Below the pieces are notes generated by a model, which saw nothing but the letters and a program-made list of their open reading frames with translations, had not been told where the DNA came from and did no database searches. From positions 7,539,828-7,603,827 of the forward strand of contig CAVTTN010000002.1 of the NCBI GenBank assembly GCA_963737655.1: a stretch of 64,000 nt of DNA, written 5' to 3'. This DNA is from an uncultured Planctomycetota bacterium. Lineage in GTDB: Bacteria; Planctomycetota; Planctomycetia; Isosphaerales; Isosphaeraceae. Positions 1 through 12,400 of the stretch are shown here, in pieces (the stretch's first letter is position 1; each line of letters opens with the position of its first letter). Made by a program: the position numbers and the translations under genes.

Positions 1-97
1 ATCATTGAATCGTTCGGGCCGCCGGCGAATTCGACCCTCGGCCCAGGGCTCGCGAACGAACAAACGGATCGAAATCTCCCATTTCGAGGCCCCGCTG

Positions 98-949
98 ATG
101 AGCCGGACCGCGCGATCGTGGACCTCTCTGGCGCTCCTCGCCCTCGTCCCGCCGCTGGCCCTCGCCCAGGCCCCTCCGGCCGAGAAGGCCGCCGATCCCG
201 CCCACAACAAGTGGCTGCCGGTCCTGAAGAAGCAGGCGGAGGAATACTCGATCGTCGTCGATGCGGCCGATGGGCCGAAGACCCGGACGAAAATGGTCGC
301 CGAGCCGTTGATGCGATGGACCCAGCCCGTCCGGGGCGGGGATGACGGCGTCCTCTGCCTCTGGACCGATCGCGGAGTGCCCGTGGTGGCCATGACCGTC
401 TTCACCTTCCGCGCCGACACCGGCGAGCGCTGGGTCGTCCACGAGCATCAATCGCTCTCGCTCCGGCCGATGGAGGCGACCTGGCAGGGCAAGGCGATGT
501 GGCACACCAGCGGCCCGGGGCTGACCTTCGCCCCGGTCCCCGACGCCCCGAGCCCGGCCGGTTCTCCGGCGGGGAGGCTCCGGCAGATGCAAGGCTTCCT
601 CCGGGACGTCTCCGCCAACACGATCGACCGCAAGGGCTCGACCTGGCCGCTCCGCCCGCTCTCGAAGCCGCTCTACCGCTATGAGGGGACCGGCCCCGAG
701 GTCCCCGACGGCGGCGTCTTCGCCCTGGTCCAGGGCAACGACCCCGAAGCGTTCGTGGTGATCGAGGCCCGAGACGGCCAGTGGCGATTCGGCCTCGCCC
801 GCCTCACCGACCTGGAGCTGAAAATCCGGGTCAAGGGCAAGGAGGTCTTCTCCGCCCCCTACACCACCGGCCGGGACGACGGCCCCTATCAGACGGTCGT
901 GGCCGTCTCCAAGAATAGCGAATCCCCCGAGGACTTCACGAAGCCGTAG
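98..949 (+). CDS. Secreted hypothetical protein, paralog 1 of a five-member local family
   Basis: ATG at 98 in ORF 5..949; signal-peptide-like LALLALVPPLALAQ; family motifs RWTQPVRGGDDG, HEHQSL, PVPDAPSPA, RLRQMQ, DGGVFALVQGNDPE. Confidence 0.75.
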   Translation: MSRTARSWTSLALLALVPPLALAQAPPAEKAADPAHNKWLPVLKKQAEEYSIVVDAADGPKTRTKMVAEPLMRWTQPVRGGDDGVLCLWTDRGVPVVAMTVFTFRADTGERWVVHEHQSLSLRPMEATWQGKAMWHTSGPGLTFAPVPDAPSPAGSPAGRLRQMQGFLRDVSANTIDRKGSTWPLRPLSKPLYRYEGTGPEVPDGGVFALVQGNDPEAFVVIEARDGQWRFGLARLTDLELKIRVKGKEVFSAPYTTGRDDGPYQTVVAVSKNSESPEDFTKP

Positions 950-1016
950 GGAGGGCGAACCCTCTTTGCGGGAGGCCAGGGAACCCGTTCCATCGCTTCG
1001 CCAGGGGCGAAAACCG

Positions 1017-1907
1017 ATGACTCTCCCATCCGCACTGGTCCTGCTCCTCGCGATCCCCGCCCAGGCCCCCGCCCGGGACGAGGGCGCGGGAAGCTGGCTG
1101 CCGATCCTCCGCCAGCAAGCCTCGGAGTACGCGATCGTGCCGAGAGATCCGGCCATCCGGCCGCCGAAACCTCGGCCCGACCCGATCCTCCGCTGGACCC
1201 AGCCCGTCCGAGGGGGCGATGACGGCGCCGTCTTCCTCTGGGTCACCGACGACGGCCGCCCCGCCGCCGTGGCCACGATCTTCACCTATCGCGTCCCCGA
1301 CACCAAGAGGACGATCCAGCACGAGGTCCACTCCTTCCTGCCCACGGGACTCGACGCCTCCTGGCGAGGTCGTCCGATGTGGAAGGCCGACGCGCCCGGC
1401 CTGTCCTTCCGGCCCGTCCCCGATGCACCCGAGCCGGCCGGGTCCGCCGCCGCCCGCCTCCGCCAGATGCAGGCCCTCGCCCGCGAGTTCTCCGGCGAAA
1501 ACGTCCACGAAAAGGCCGGCAGGAACGAACTCCGCCTGATGCCCAGACCCCTCTATCGCCAGCCCTCGACCGATGCCGACCCGAAGGACGGGGCCCTGTT
1601 CTGCCTGGCCCACGGCACCGACCCCGAAGTCTTCCTCCTGATCGAGTCGCGGAAGGGATCGGGCGGTGTACTCACATGGCAATACGCCCTCGCCCGCTTC
1701 TCCGACCTCGCGCTCAAGGTCCGCCTGAAGGGCCAGGAGGTCTGGAGCGTCGGGCCCGGCCAGTGGCAGCGCCGCGACGGCATCCACGCCTACTACATCG
1801 CCGAGATGGTCGATGCCGACACGCCCGAGGAGTACCGCAAGGCCGAAAAGACGGACGGAGACGGCCCGGCGCTCCCGGTCCGCCCGGGTTCCGAAGAATT
1901 TCGTTGA
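1017..1907 (+). CDS. Secreted hypothetical protein, paralog 2
   Basis: ATG at 1017; hydrophobic N-terminus; RWTQPVRGGDDGAVFLW, PVPDAPEPA, RLRQMQALA, DGALFCLAHGTDPEVFL, WQYALAR. Confidence 0.75.
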   Translation: MTLPSALVLLLAIPAQAPARDEGAGSWLPILRQQASEYAIVPRDPAIRPPKPRPDPILRWTQPVRGGDDGAVFLWVTDDGRPAAVATIFTYRVPDTKRTIQHEVHSFLPTGLDASWRGRPMWKADAPGLSFRPVPDAPEPAGSAAARLRQMQALAREFSGENVHEKAGRNELRLMPRPLYRQPSTDADPKDGALFCLAHGTDPEVFLLIESRKGSGGVLTWQYALARFSDLALKVRLKGQEVWSVGPGQWQRRDGIHAYYIAEMVDADTPEEYRKAEKTDGDGPALPVRPGSEEFR

Positions 1908-1960
1908 CAACGCCCGGGGCTCGGCGATATTTGTAGTCACACGAGGCATCTCGTCACCCT
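1889..1960 (+). promoter_or_regulatory. Sigma70-type promoter with candidate BlaI-type operator (copy A)
   Basis: TTGACA at 1904-1909; GATATTTGTAGTC at 1926-1938; 21-bp and 20-bp blocks identical to the reverse complement of 25370-25421 upstream of blaI. Confidence 0.7.
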
Positions 1961-1974
1961 CGCGGGAGGTCCCC

Positions 1975-2931
1975 ATGCTCGGCGGAAAAGCCCCGGCGAT
2001 GGCCATCCTCGCCGCCCTGGCCGCCTTCACCCCGCCCGACGATCCGCGGCCCGAGGCCGGGGTCCCGGTCCGCCGGGCCCTGGTCCTCTGCGGCCTCCCG
2101 GGCGACGAGGAACATCGCGAACACTACGGCGCGGCCGTCGAAAAGATCGCCAAGGCGCTCGTCGATCGTTGCGGGTTCGCCTCCGAGAACGTCTGGGTCC
2201 GGTTCGGCGTCGCCGCCAGGGACGGCGACGGCCCGGCGATCCGAACCGGCCGCGGCCTGTCGACTCGCGAGGGGCTCGCGGCCGACGCCGAGGCCCTTCG
2301 CAAGGCGTCCCGGCCGGGGGACGCCCTCTGGGTCATCGTCCTCGGCCACGGGCACTTCGACGGCCGGACCGCGCACCTCAACTTGCCGGGGCCCGACGTC
2401 TCGGCCCTCGAATTCGCGAAGCTGTTCGAGGACATCCCCGCGACGGAACAGGTCTTCTTCCTGACCACCTCGTCGAGCGGGTACTTCCTCAAACCGCTGT
2501 CGAAGAAGGGTCGGGTCGGGATCTCGGCCACCGAGGCCGACCTGGAAGTCAACGAGACCCGATTCGGCGCCGCCCTGGCCGACGTCCTGGCCGAGCCACC
2601 GCCCGAGGCGGATCGCGACCGGGATGGCACGATTTCCGTCTTCGAACTCTACCTCGCGGCCGTCTCCGAGGTCATGAAGCGATTCGCCGACGACGAGCTG
2701 ATCGCCACCGAGCACGCCCAGATCGACGACAACGGCGACGGCCACGGCAGCGAAATCCAGCTCCTCTTCCTCCCGCCGGACCCCGGCGGCGAGAGGCCCG
2801 ATCCGAAGCCCAAGGACCCGGCGAAGACCGTCGCGAAGAAGGCGCCCGCACTCGGCCCGACCGACGACGGGGCCCTGGCCGCGAAGCTCCGGGTCAGCCA
2901 GGCGAAACCCCCGGCCGGAGGCTCCCAATGA
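1975..2931 (+). CDS. Exported hypothetical protein, possible caspase/C13 (clan CD)-like fold
   Basis: GGAGGT RBS at 1965-1970; ALVLCGLPGD, VIVLGHG, TRFG, EF-hand-like DRDRDGTISVFE, TEHAQIDDNGDG. Confidence 0.6.
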   Translation: MLGGKAPAMAILAALAAFTPPDDPRPEAGVPVRRALVLCGLPGDEEHREHYGAAVEKIAKALVDRCGFASENVWVRFGVAARDGDGPAIRTGRGLSTREGLAADAEALRKASRPGDALWVIVLGHGHFDGRTAHLNLPGPDVSALEFAKLFEDIPATEQVFFLTTSSSGYFLKPLSKKGRVGISATEADLEVNETRFGAALADVLAEPPPEADRDRDGTISVFELYLAAVSEVMKRFADDELIATEHAQIDDNGDGHGSEIQLLFLPPDPGGERPDPKPKDPAKTVAKKAPALGPTDDGALAAKLRVSQAKPPAGGSQ

Positions 2932-3725
2932 GGCTCGCCATCGCCCTGATCCTGGCCCTCCCCGCCCTCGACGACGTGGCCGGCGAGCGTCAGACGCCCG
3001 CCGAGCGGCTGGTGTCTCTCAAGAGTACGATGAAGTCTTATGAATTGACGCTCCGTCGGGACGACGCGCCCGGGAGCCTGGGAGTCCAGGAGGAGCCGGC
3101 CTTCCGAGTGGGCCGTCAGCGAGGCAACTTCGTCGATGGCGCGATCTTCCTCTGGCTCGACGACGTCGGCCGGCCCGAGGCCGCGATGGAAGCGTTCCTC
3201 CTCAGCGAGCCGGACGTTCCCAACGGCAAGTGGATTCACGAGTTCACGTCGCTCGCCACCGGGCCGATCGAGGCGACGATCGGCGGCAAGACGCGATGGT
3301 CGCCGACCGTCCCGGGCCTGGAATTCCGGGCCGTCCCCGGGGCGCCGAAGCCCGCGAACACCCCCGCCGCCCGGCTCCGCCAGATGCGCGCGATCGCCGA
3401 CGAGTTCAAGGCGGACGACGATTTCGGGGGCTCGGGCTGGCTCTCCCTGCGGATGCTCACCACGCCGATCGCCCGCTTCGGCAAGACCGGGGCGGAGCCG
3501 GAAGACGGCGCCCTCTTCGCCCTCGTCGATGGGACCGACCCCGAGGTCTTCCTCTTCGTCGAGGCCCGCAAAGGCAAGGAAGGGCCAGAATGGCAATATG
3601 CTCTCGCCTCGATGGGTTGCTGGGCCGTGAAGGTCCGTCGCGACGGCAAGCCCGTCTGGGAGCTTCCGAGGCGCTCCACCGGCGATCCCTCGAAGCCTCT
3701 GTACAACTACCCCTTCTGGCCCTGA
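2928..3725 (+). CDS. Secreted hypothetical protein, paralog 3
   Basis: ATGA overlap with the previous stop, GGAGG RBS; DGAIFLW, WIHEFTSL, RLRQMRAIA, DGALFALVDGTDPEVFLFVEAR, WQYALA. Confidence 0.75.
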   Translation: MRLAIALILALPALDDVAGERQTPAERLVSLKSTMKSYELTLRRDDAPGSLGVQEEPAFRVGRQRGNFVDGAIFLWLDDVGRPEAAMEAFLLSEPDVPNGKWIHEFTSLATGPIEATIGGKTRWSPTVPGLEFRAVPGAPKPANTPAARLRQMRAIADEFKADDDFGGSGWLSLRMLTTPIARFGKTGAEPEDGALFALVDGTDPEVFLFVEARKGKEGPEWQYALASMGCWAVKVRRDGKPVWELPRRSTGDPSKPLYNYPFWP

Positions 3726-3771
3726 ACCGTCGCAACCCGACCCATTTCGGAGGCGGCACCGCCGGACTTCG

Positions 3772-4566
3772 ATGAGCGTCCTGCCCTCGTCCGCGATCCT
3801 GATCGCCGTGCTCGCCCAGGCGGCCCCCTCGCCCCGCGACGAGGCCGCCGAACGCCTGAAATTCATGAAAGATTCGGTGGCCGTCTACGAATTCACGAGA
3901 GAATCCGGCCCGCTGAAGCTCGTCAGCGAGCCGGCGTTCCGCCTCGGCAATCAGGGCAACGGCGTCCTCGAAGGCGCCATCTTCCTCTGGACCGACCCGA
4001 AGACGGACCGACCCGGGGCCGCCGCCCAGGTGTTCCTCCACCGGAATGACCTCCAGCCCGAAGGTCGATGGCTTCACGAGTTCACGTCGCTTTCCACCGA
4101 CCCGTTCGTCGCCGCCCGGGGCCGGTCCGAGCCGTGGAAGCCGGAGGGGCCGGGCGTGGTCTTCAAGCCCGTCCCCGGCGCGCCCGCCCCGGCCGCGACG
4201 CCCGCCGCCCGGCTCCGCCAGATGAGGGCCCTGGCCCAAAGCTTCAAGGCCGTGGACGACTTCGGCAATCACGGCACCTTCGAGCCGCTCCGCCTCCTCA
4301 CCACGCCCGTGGCCCGCTACGGCAAGCCCGGGGTCGTGCCCGAGGACGGCGCCCTCTTCGCCTTCGTCCAGGGGACCGACCCCGAGGTCTTCCTCTTCCT
4401 CGAGCTGCGTAAGGGGAAGGATGGGCTGGAGTGGCAATATGCGTGCGCTCCCATGTCTTGCTGGCCCCTGAAGGTCTCGCGGGACAACGCCGTCGTCTGG
4501 GACGTCCCCTTGAGGTCGTCCGAGGACCCGAGCAAGCCGTTCTTCTGCCTGACCTACGTCCCCTGA
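3772..4566 (+). CDS. Secreted hypothetical protein, paralog 4
   Basis: Signal-like N-terminus; EGAIFLW, WLHEFTSL, RLRQMRALA, DGALFAFVQGTDPEVFL, WQYACA; closest to paralog 3. Confidence 0.75.
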   Translation: MSVLPSSAILIAVLAQAAPSPRDEAAERLKFMKDSVAVYEFTRESGPLKLVSEPAFRLGNQGNGVLEGAIFLWTDPKTDRPGAAAQVFLHRNDLQPEGRWLHEFTSLSTDPFVAARGRSEPWKPEGPGVVFKPVPGAPAPAATPAARLRQMRALAQSFKAVDDFGNHGTFEPLRLLTTPVARYGKPGVVPEDGALFAFVQGTDPEVFLFLELRKGKDGLEWQYACAPMSCWPLKVSRDNAVVWDVPLRSSEDPSKPFFCLTYVP

Positions 4567-4603
4567 TCGCCCCCGATCGTCTCCGCCCGAGCGAGGCCCC
4601 GCG

Positions 4604-5638
<1,035 letters not shown>

Positions 5639-5645
5639 ACCGGCC

Positions 5646-6542
5646 ATGCCGTTCGACGATCGCGAGCTGATCGACCCGGCGTTCTTCTCCCGACTCGACT
5701 CGCTGGAGCTCCGCGCCCGCTCGATCGTCGAGGGGGCGATGCACGGCCTCCACCGCAGCCCGTATCTCGGGATGAGCGTCGAATTCTCCAGCCACCGCGA
5801 GTACGCCCCCGGCGACGACCTCCGCCACCTGAACTGGAAGCTCTACGCCCGCCACGACCGCCTGTACATCAAGGAATATGACGCCGACACGAACCTGAAC
5901 CTCTACTTGATGGTCGATATCAGCGCCTCGATGGGCTGCGCCCACGCCGGGATGAGCAAGCTCCAGTACGCGGCGACCCTCGCGGCGGCCCTCGCCCACC
6001 TCGCCCTCTCGCAGAGGGACGCCGTGGGCCTGACCCTCTTCGCCGATTCCGTCGTCGCCCACCTCGCCCCGAAAGCGAAGGCCCATCAGTTCGACGAGAT
6101 CCTGGCCACGATCGCCTCGGCCCCTCTGCGCCAGGCCACCGGCACCGAAAAGGCGCTCCACCAGGCCGCCGGGCTGGCCAGGCGTCGCGGGCTGGTCGTC
6201 GTCCTCAGCGACCTCTTCGGCGACCCCGAGGCGATCGGCGGCGGGCTGGACCATCTCCGCTACCTGAATCACGAGGTGATCGTCTTCCACGTCCTCGACC
6301 CGATCGAGCGCGGCCTCGCCCTCGACGGCCTGATCCGCTTCCGGGACCTGGAGACCGGCGAGACGATCACCACCCAGGCCGAGGGCGTCCGCGACGCCTA
6401 CCGCAAGGCCGTGGACGACTGGAGCCAGGCCCTCGAGATCGAGTGTCGCAAGAGGGCCATCGAGCGCGTCGAGCTCCTGACCACCGACCCGCCCGACCGG
6501 GCCATCCTCGACTACCTGGCGAAACGCGCGGCGACCCTCTGA
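5646..6542 (+). CDS. DUF58 (vWA-like) MoxR partner
   Basis: GLHRSPYLGMSVEFSSHREYAPGDDLRHLNWK, MVDISASM, VVLSDL; directly after moxR. Confidence 0.92.
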   Translation: MPFDDRELIDPAFFSRLDSLELRARSIVEGAMHGLHRSPYLGMSVEFSSHREYAPGDDLRHLNWKLYARHDRLYIKEYDADTNLNLYLMVDISASMGCAHAGMSKLQYAATLAAALAHLALSQRDAVGLTLFADSVVAHLAPKAKAHQFDEILATIASAPLRQATGTEKALHQAAGLARRRGLVVVLSDLFGDPEAIGGGLDHLRYLNHEVIVFHVLDPIERGLALDGLIRFRDLETGETITTQAEGVRDAYRKAVDDWSQALEIECRKRAIERVELLTTDPPDRAILDYLAKRAATL

Positions 6543-6576
6543 TCGGATCGAGACTCGATATTTCGGAGCGAAACCC

Positions 6577-7406
6577 TTGCGCAAGAGACCGACGATCCGA
6601 TTCGCCCCGCTCCTGCTGCTCGTCCTCTCCGGGGCCGACGATCCGAAGCCGCCGAGGGCGAAGCTCATGCGCGCGATGGCCGGCGAAATCGAAGTCGCGT
6701 CCGCGGACCTCGCGACGAAATATCCGATGATCGGCGAGCCGATCTATCGGTTCGACGACCCGACTCGCAGCTTCTCCGACGGAACCGTCTGGGCCTTCGG
6801 CCCGAAGGACGGCCGACCGGAGGCGCTGCTCACGCTCTCCCTGGAGGGCGAATCGGGCGGCCTCTGGCACTGGATCTACGAGTTCACGTCGCTCTCCTCA
6901 AGCAAGGTCTGCGCGACCGGTCCCGCCGATATCCGCTATTTGCCGTGGGTGCCGGACGAGCCGGGATCCGCCTCAAACCGTTCCCGAAGGCCGATCCTCC
7001 CGCTTCGGACGCGCCGAAACGGCTCCGCCAGATGCGCGAGCTCGCCCGCCGGTTCCGCTCCGACGAGACGTTCGAGCCCAAGCCCGGGCTCAAGCCCGAG
7101 CGCTACGAATTGCGCCTTTTGAGCCAGCCGGTGCTGCGGTATTCCGACCCCAGGAACGGCCTGATCGACGGGGCGATCTTCCTCATGGCCTACGGCCAGA
7201 ACGCCGAGATCGTCCTGGTGATCGAGGCGAGGCGCGAGGGCGAACTCGCGCCGGCCTGGTCGTTCGGGGTCGAGCGGATCTCGGCGGCCGAGTCCCGGGT
7301 CAGGCTCGATGAGGCGGTCGTCGTCGAGTTCCCGAGAATCCGCGATAATGTGATGACGCGAACCTATGCGGGCTTCAGCCGGCCGAGCCCGGCCGGGAAG
7401 GAGTGA
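6577..7406 (+). CDS. Secreted hypothetical protein, paralog 5 (one-base frameshift near 6963)
   Basis: ORF 6577..7122 (DGTVWAFG, GRPEA, WIYEFTSL) continues in ORF 6945..7406 (RLRQMRELA, LRLLSQPVLRY, DGAIF, IEAR); one missing G restores a full-length member. Confidence 0.7.
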
Positions 7407-7412
7407 CGCCCG

Positions 7413-9359
7413 ATGAGCTTCGTCCAGGGGGGGATGCTCGCGGCCCTGGCCGCGCTGGCGATCCCGATCCTGATCCATCTCCTGTTCCGTCGCAAGGCCC
7501 GGCCCGTGGACCTGGGCACCCTCCAGTTCCTCAAGGTCGTCCTCCGCGACACGACCCGGCGCCGGAGGCTCAAGCGGTACGTCCTGCTCGCGATGAGGCT
7601 CGCGGCGGTCGCCCTGATCGCGCTGCTCTTCGCCCGTCCCTACCTGCTCGCCCACGAGCCATCCGAGGGGAGCCGCCTCGTGGTCGTCCTCGTCGATCGA
7701 TCGGCCAGCATGGGGCTGAAGGGCGGCACGTCCCCCTCCGATCGCGCGGCCAGGGAACTCCGCGAGATCGTCGCGAGATCGGGAAAAGGCACGCAACTCG
7801 AACTGGCCGCGTTCGATCGCGCCATCTCGCCGATCGCGAAGCCCTCCGACCCTGCGACGGACGCCCTGAAGCCCGGATCAGCCGGGACCGACTACGCGCC
7901 CGCGATGGCCTGGGCCCGCGACGTGAGCATTCGATCGCGCGCGAAATCCAGGGAGTTGTACATCCTCACGGATTTGCAACGATCGGGCCTCGACCGGGGC
8001 GAATCGGTGGCGATGCCGGGCGACCTGGACGTGCATCTCACCGACTTCGGCCGTCTATACCCGAAGAACCTCGCCGTGGTCGCCGTCTCGCTCTCGTCGC
8101 CGACGATCCGCCCCCGCGACTCGACGACCGTCTCCGCCACCGTCCGCAACGCATCGCCGATGCCCGTCGAGAAGGTCTCCGTGAGGCTCCATCTCGAATG
8201 CCCCGGCAACGAGCCGATCGACCGCGAACGGGCCGTGGACGTGGACGGCAACGGCTCGGCGGTCCTCGCATTCCCGCTCACCGACCTGGACGCGGGTTTG
8301 TGGCGAGGACATGTCGAAATCGGCACGAGCGATGATCTTCCGATCGACGATCGCCGCTATTTCGCCATGCCCGTGTCACGGCCCGCGAGGGTCCTCCTGA
8401 TCGACGGCGACCCCGGCGCCTCGCCCATCGAGTCGGAAACCTTCTTCCTCCGCGCCGCCCTCCGGCTCGCCCCCGAGGGCGAAACGTATGCGAAATCGCC
8501 ATTCTTGACGACAACCATCGCTGCGCAGTCACCGCTGCCCGAACTCGATCCGATCGCCGTCGTGGTCCTCGCGAACGTCGGCGATCTTCCCGCAGATCGT
8601 GCGCGACAACTCGCCGAATTCGTGGCGAGGGGAGGTGGACTCGTCGTCTTCACCGGCGACCGAGTGACGGCCGAATCGGCCCGATCCTGGATCGACGCGG
8701 GCCTCGGCGTCGGACGAGTCCTCGGGGCGGAACACGCGGCCGATCGGCCGTTCCGCCTCGAATCGTGGGATGATTCGCACCCGATCTTCCGGCCGTTCGC
8801 CGACCCCGAATCCGGAGACCTCCGCCGCCCGACGTTCCTGGCGATTACGAAGGTCGACCCCGAGCCATCGAGCCGAGTCCTCGCGCGATTCCGGGGCGGC
8901 GCCCCGGCCCTGATCGAGCGATCGGTCGGGAAAGGGCGCATCGAAATGTTCGCATCGGCCTGCGATCACGCCTGGGGCGATTGGCCCCGAGGGCGGATGT
9001 TCTTGCCCATGGTCCACCAGATCGTCGCGCAGGCGGCCGGACTGGCCGACGGCGGCCCGACTCGCGAGGCGATGGCCGGATCGAAGGAGATTCCCGGGAT
9101 TTTCGAGGAAAACGGCCGCCTGCGCGTCGTGAACGTCGATCCGTCCGAGTCGGAGCTGGCTCGGTGTTCCTCGGCCGAGTTCGCGGCGAAATTCGGGTTG
9201 CGGCTCGCCAACGCGAACCCCAGGGTCGAGGCGCCCAGGGCGGTCCGATCGCGGGCCGACGACCGCCTACGGCCCGACGAGCTCTGGCCGTGGATCGCCC
9301 TGGGACTCATCGGCCTGTTGATGCTCGAAAGCCTGCTCGCCAATCGGACGTCCGCATAA
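7413..9359 (+). CDS. BatA N-terminal domain plus vWA membrane protein
   Basis: IPILIHLLFRRK...LQFL BatA motif; MIDAS-like DRSASM; YILTDLQ; C-terminal TM ELWPWIALGLIGLLMLE. Confidence 0.88.
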   Translation: MSFVQGGMLAALAALAIPILIHLLFRRKARPVDLGTLQFLKVVLRDTTRRRRLKRYVLLAMRLAAVALIALLFARPYLLAHEPSEGSRLVVVLVDRSASMGLKGGTSPSDRAARELREIVARSGKGTQLELAAFDRAISPIAKPSDPATDALKPGSAGTDYAPAMAWARDVSIRSRAKSRELYILTDLQRSGLDRGESVAMPGDLDVHLTDFGRLYPKNLAVVAVSLSSPTIRPRDSTTVSATVRNASPMPVEKVSVRLHLECPGNEPIDRERAVDVDGNGSAVLAFPLTDLDAGLWRGHVEIGTSDDLPIDDRRYFAMPVSRPARVLLIDGDPGASPIESETFFLRAALRLAPEGETYAKSPFLTTTIAAQSPLPELDPIAVVVLANVGDLPADRARQLAEFVARGGGLVVFTGDRVTAESARSWIDAGLGVGRVLGAEHAADRPFRLESWDDSHPIFRPFADPESGDLRRPTFLAITKVDPEPSSRVLARFRGGAPALIERSVGKGRIEMFASACDHAWGDWPRGRMFLPMVHQIVAQAAGLADGGPTREAMAGSKEIPGIFEENGRLRVVNVDPSESELARCSSAEFAAKFGLRLANANPRVEAPRAVRSRADDRLRPDELWPWIALGLIGLLMLESLLANRTSA

Positions 9360-9430
9360 AAGGACATGAGCGAACCGGAACGCCTCTCCGTCGAGGGGCG
9401 CAGACCCACTCCTCCTCGAAAGGACCGCCC

Positions 9431-12400
9431 GTGACCTCCGAACCGAGAATTCTCCGGCGATTCGAGGGAGTCTGGGCCTCGCTTCGGCGTTCTCAAGCGG
9501 CCGTGGGCCTCGGCTTCACGGCCCTGGTGGCCACCCTCGGCGTGGCGTTCCTCGCCGCGAGCGATTTCTACCATGAGATGCCCCGTCGCGATCGTGCCGC
9601 CGGACTCGCCATCCTCGGCCTCGCCGTGGCGGCGGCCCTCTGGCGAGGGTGGATCGCGCCAAGGCGATGGTGGACCAGGCCCAGGACGGCCGTCGAGATC
9701 GAGGGCCGATTCCCTCAGCTCGGCCAGAGGGTCCGCACGGTCGTCGAGTTCGCCGGCATGCCCGACGCCCGACTCGTCTCGGCCGGGGTGAAGCCGAGCC
9801 TCGTCGGCGCGCTGGCCGAGGAGACCGAGGCCCGGTTCGAGCCGTTGCCGATCGCCCGAATCGTCCCGAGGCGGAGGGCGGCCGTCATCGCGTCGCTCGC
9901 CGCGGTCCCCGCCTTGATCCTCGCCATCGCCTGCGCCCGAGGCCCCGAATGGCGAATCGCGACGGCCCGGACCTTCCTGGTTGAGCGGCCTTACACCACC
10001 TTGAAGGTCGTCCCGGGCGATATTCGCATCGACCAGGGTGAAAACGTGACCATCACGGTCGAATCCAGCGGTCGCGCCAGGAAGAAGGTGATCCTGGAGA
10101 CGAGGCCGGCGGCCTCGCCCGGCGCACCGTGGAAGGTCGTGACGCTCGATCCGCCTGAGGGCGGCCCGGCGAACCGTCGCGAAATGACGCTTGAAAACGT
10201 CAAGGATTCGCTGATCTATCGAATCGTCGCCGGCCCGGCCCGGAGTCAAGAGCATGAGGTCTCCGTGATCCGCCCCCTGGAAATCCGGGCGTTTGACGTC
10301 ACTCTGAACCCTCCGGAATATACCGGGCTCGAGCCGTCGAAGGTCCCGGGGGGCGACATCCAGGCGGTCCAGGGCACGTTTGCGAGGTTCCGGATCGCGT
10401 TCGACGCGTCGCCGAGCGAGGCATCGATCGAGCTATTCGACGCGGCGAATCGAAACTCCTCTCTCGTGGTCGTGCCGCTCAAGAACGACGGCTCGGGGTT
10501 CGTGGCCGACCTGAAACTTGAGAAGACTCTTCGATACAAGGTGGTGACGACGCGAGTGGATGGACGCGCATTACCGGAGGCCGAGCACCGGATCGACGTC
10601 CGCGAGGACCGCGCGCCCGGGTCGCGTTCGAGGAGCCCGAGGAGGCGCTGGAGGTCCACCCGATCGCCGAGGTGACCCACCGCGTGAGGGTCGGCGACGA
10701 CTTCGGCCTGACCAGGGCCGGGATCGTGTTCCGGTTCAACGACGGGGAAGAGAAGACGTTGCTCCTGAAGGAGTTCGCCGCCGGGCCCGGCAAGAGGCCG
10801 CAGACCGTCGCGACCATCGAAGAGACGCTCCTGATGGAGACGCTCGCGGCATCGCCCCAGGACAGCGTGACCTATTTCGCCTTCGCGGAGGACAACTTCC
10901 CCGACGCCCCGAGGCGGACCGAGACCGACCTCCGCTATATTGATATCCGTCCATTCAAGCGCGAGTATCAGCTTGCCGATCCGTCGAACGGGCAAGGGGA
11001 GCCCGATGAGTTCGTGGCCCTGGAGGAGCTGATCGGCCGACAGCGATTCAACCTCAACCGGGCCAACCGGCTGGCGAGGCACCGGCCGACCGATCGCGTC
11101 GAGCCGGAGGACCCGCTGAAGATCGCGGGGTTCGAGGAGGCCCTACTGGCGATGGCCCGCGAGTTCACCGAGGGCATCGAAAGGCTGGCCGACGCCCGGG
11201 TCGATTCGATGCATCGGGCGGAGGAGGCGATGGTCGCCGCCGTGGACGCGCTGGACCGGAGCCGGAATGCCGAGGCCCCCGGGGCCATGTCCGAGGCGCT
11301 CAAGAACCTCGTCGCCGCCCGTCGCGAGCTCGTCGAGCTCATCGGCCAGACCCCGGCCGCCGCGATGGCGATGAGGAGCTTTGATCGCAAACAGGCCCAG
11401 AAGATCCGCAATCCGAAGACCAAGGACGAGGAGGCCGAGCAGGTCGCCGAGGAAATCGAGCAGCTCGCGCAGGAAGAGGATTTCGTCTACGCGACCATCG
11501 CGAAACGGGCCGACTCCGACACGCCGGGCAAGGCGAAGGAGCAGAAGGGCTCCGGCGAGCCCCGGGATGCCAAGACGACGGAACCGACGAAGAATCGGCC
11601 CGGGACGAAGGATGGCGACGCCGAGAAGGAGGCCCGGAGCGAGGCGGCGAAGGGGAACGCGAAGGGGTCGAAGGGCCAGGGCTCTCCCGGCAAAGGCAGC
11701 GACCCCGGCGATACTTCGAACGGTCGGGATCGTCGCGAGACCGCCGACAAGCAGGAGGAAATCGCGGACGAGGCCCGCGCCCTGGAAGAGCGGCTGAAGC
11801 GGATCGAGGCCGCGTCCGACCTGGCCAAGGCCCGGATGGGCCAGGCCGCCGAGAAGGCCGAGAAGGCGTCGGGCGCCCTGAACCGGGGCAACACGAGCGA
11901 GGCCGAGAAGGAGGCCAAGGCCGGGGCGGGGATGCTCCACGAGCTGGCCCGGCAGGTCAAGGGCGAGATCGCCCGGGAAGTCGCCGACGAGATCGCGATG
12001 GCCCGCGACCTGGCCCAAGAGCTCGCCGCCCGAGAGGAAGAGCTCGCCCGAATGGCGGAAAACTCGGGGAATCCGGCCGAGGGAAGGGGCGAAGGCAAGG
12101 AACCGGGCCGAGCCTCGTCGCCTGGGACCGGGCCGGGCGGGCGGGGTCGCGGAGGGCTGGGAGACTGGACCAACCTCGACGGCCCCGAGAGGCTCGAACG
12201 GCTCGCCGAGGCCGCGAAGACCCTGGAAGAATGGCTCAAGGGGATCGACCGCAAGGGGGAAGGCAAGGCCGCCGACGTCGTCCGCGACATCCTCCAGCAA
12301 GGCACGATCCATGACGTCGTCGAGAGGACCGGGAGGATGGCCGAAGTCCGCTCCGGGGGGAAGCCCCAGGAAATCGTGCCCGAGGCGAAGGCGATCGCAC

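Noticed and set aside
944..1010. Short hairpin GAGGG-CGAA-CCCTC after paralog 1 as a REP or terminator
   Set aside because: Only a 5-bp stem and no second copy found in the window
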